The notes beneath the pieces are model-generated. The model was not told the DNA's origin. It saw nothing but the letters and a program-made list of their open reading frames with translations, and ran no database searches. Shown one piece after another: positions 62,785 to 64,000 of a stretch of 64,000 bases of DNA. The DNA is from Malacoraja senta. Its lineage: Eukaryota. Made by a program: the position numbers and the translations under genes. The stretch spans positions 25,670,001 to 25,734,000 of the forward strand of contig CM075988.1 of assembly GCA_038087875.1 (NCBI GenBank). The letters run 5' to 3'. How positions within the stretch are numbered: the stretch's first letter is position 1; each line of letters starts with the position of its first letter.

Positions 62785-63105
62785 TTTAGTTTGGTTTAGA
62801 GATACGGCATAGAAACAGGGCACTGGCCCACCCAGTCCACCCCGACCATCATTCACCCGTTCCACTAGTTCTATGTTATCCCACTTTCTCATCCACTCCC
62901 TACACACTAGGGGTTGCAATTTACACAGGGCTAATAAATCTACAAACCAGCACGTCTTTGGGATGTAGGAGGAAACCGGAGCACCTGGAGGAAACCCACG
63001 TGGTCACAGGGAGAACGTGCAAACTCCGTACAGACAGCACCCGAGGTGGGGATCGAACTCGGAACCCTAGCGCTGTGAGGCAGCGTCTCTACCCGCTGTG
63101 CTGCC
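62785..63105 (-). mobile_element. HE1-like V-SINE variant
   Basis: Same family, variant 3' segment. Confidence 0.85.
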
Positions 63106-64000
63106 CTGATATGATCTTATTCATAGGCAGAGCCTATGCATTTGCTTCGGCATTTCACGACCTTATGTAATACGTTGGCCTAGATTGGAGTCAAAAGGGA
63201 AAAGAGAGTGTCTCCTGATTACGTGGTGGTTAGAGAGGAAACAGGCTCCATGTCAGAGAGAGAGAGACAGGGATGGTGTGAGTTCCCCTGCATTAGTATC
63301 TGGATATCGGGAGAATCACAAAGGGCTGAATGGACTTTCTTTTTCCCTCTCGCTCGCTCACTCACACAAATATATATTCTTCAGACAACAGGATTCCAAA
63401 TTGCTACGATCATATTTCCATTCCTACCCTTCCCTTCCAGTTGTACAGTAGATAGCAGCTTCTTCACAGCCACTCTTCCCCCGAGGCCTAGTGAAATGTA
63501 GTGGTTAATATGTTTTTCCTATTAAAGTTTAAAATAAGAAGTGGTATAAGAACTGGCATACGTTATTGCAGATTACTGTAATGTAAAATACTTCTAATAA
63601 AAAAATTAAAAAATTAAAATTAAAAAGAAATTAAGAGGCAATTCAGATGTTATATGCCGGCCCACTGCGGTGTGAGCTGTTATGTGGAGCAACTCTACAA
63701 GGGATGATGTGATGTGAGACATTTCAAGCAAATATTTACACATGCCAGTGAACTAAACTTCCAGCCACAGAAGTCACGACACACTGACAGGTTCAATTTA
63801 GTTGATTGCCTGTCCCTGGACATACAGTGCTGGCTAATACTGGAGCAGTCCTCTCTAAAACATTTCAGAGCAACACCTGTAAATATTGATGCAATTCATG
63901 GGGGTCCCCCCCCCCCCCCCCCCACAGACCACACCTGGGCAACATCTGCAAATACTGATACATGTAAGGGTATTCCCTGCAGATGTTGATACATTGCCAA

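Noticed and set aside
27588..64000. Next PHLDB exon (expected ..LC.GQS..FRFNHP..)
   Set aside because: Not found by eye; it may lie beyond the window, in the gap, or I may have missed it. TBLASTN would settle it.

Overview
Repeat-dense vertebrate genomic DNA, most likely from a cartilaginous fish (skate or ray), inferred from the HE1-type SINE / HER1-type CR1 LINE repertoire. The only host gene I can support is the 5' part of a + strand PHLDB-family gene, best match PHLDB1/LL5-alpha from recall. Three phase-compatible coding exons (16115-16174, 18848-18971, 27408-27587) encode the N-terminus and most of the FHA domain. There is a candidate upstream in-frame exon (6024-6083) and a candidate internal promoter/first exon near 53.0-53.5 kb. 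I could not find the next coding exon in the remaining 36 kb. The rest is intronic or upstream sequence. It contains several CR1 subfamilies (often nested), Rex1/Babar-type LINE fragments, about 20 tRNA-derived SINE copies or fragments, more than 25 Penelope-like terminal fragments (many as foldbacks with target-site duplications and a minimal hammerhead-like motif), hAT and Harbinger-like MITEs, two G-quadruplex-prone minisatellites and a 200-N gap. The long ORFs in the track are low-complexity artefacts or LINE remnants. I see no clearly new biological system. The best leads are a CR1 derivative with a shared foreign 45-nt head present twice, the hammerhead-bearing Penelope foldbacks, a hAT MITE with nested termini, and possible unannotated PHLDB isoform exons. 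All family assignments are from recall, not database searches.
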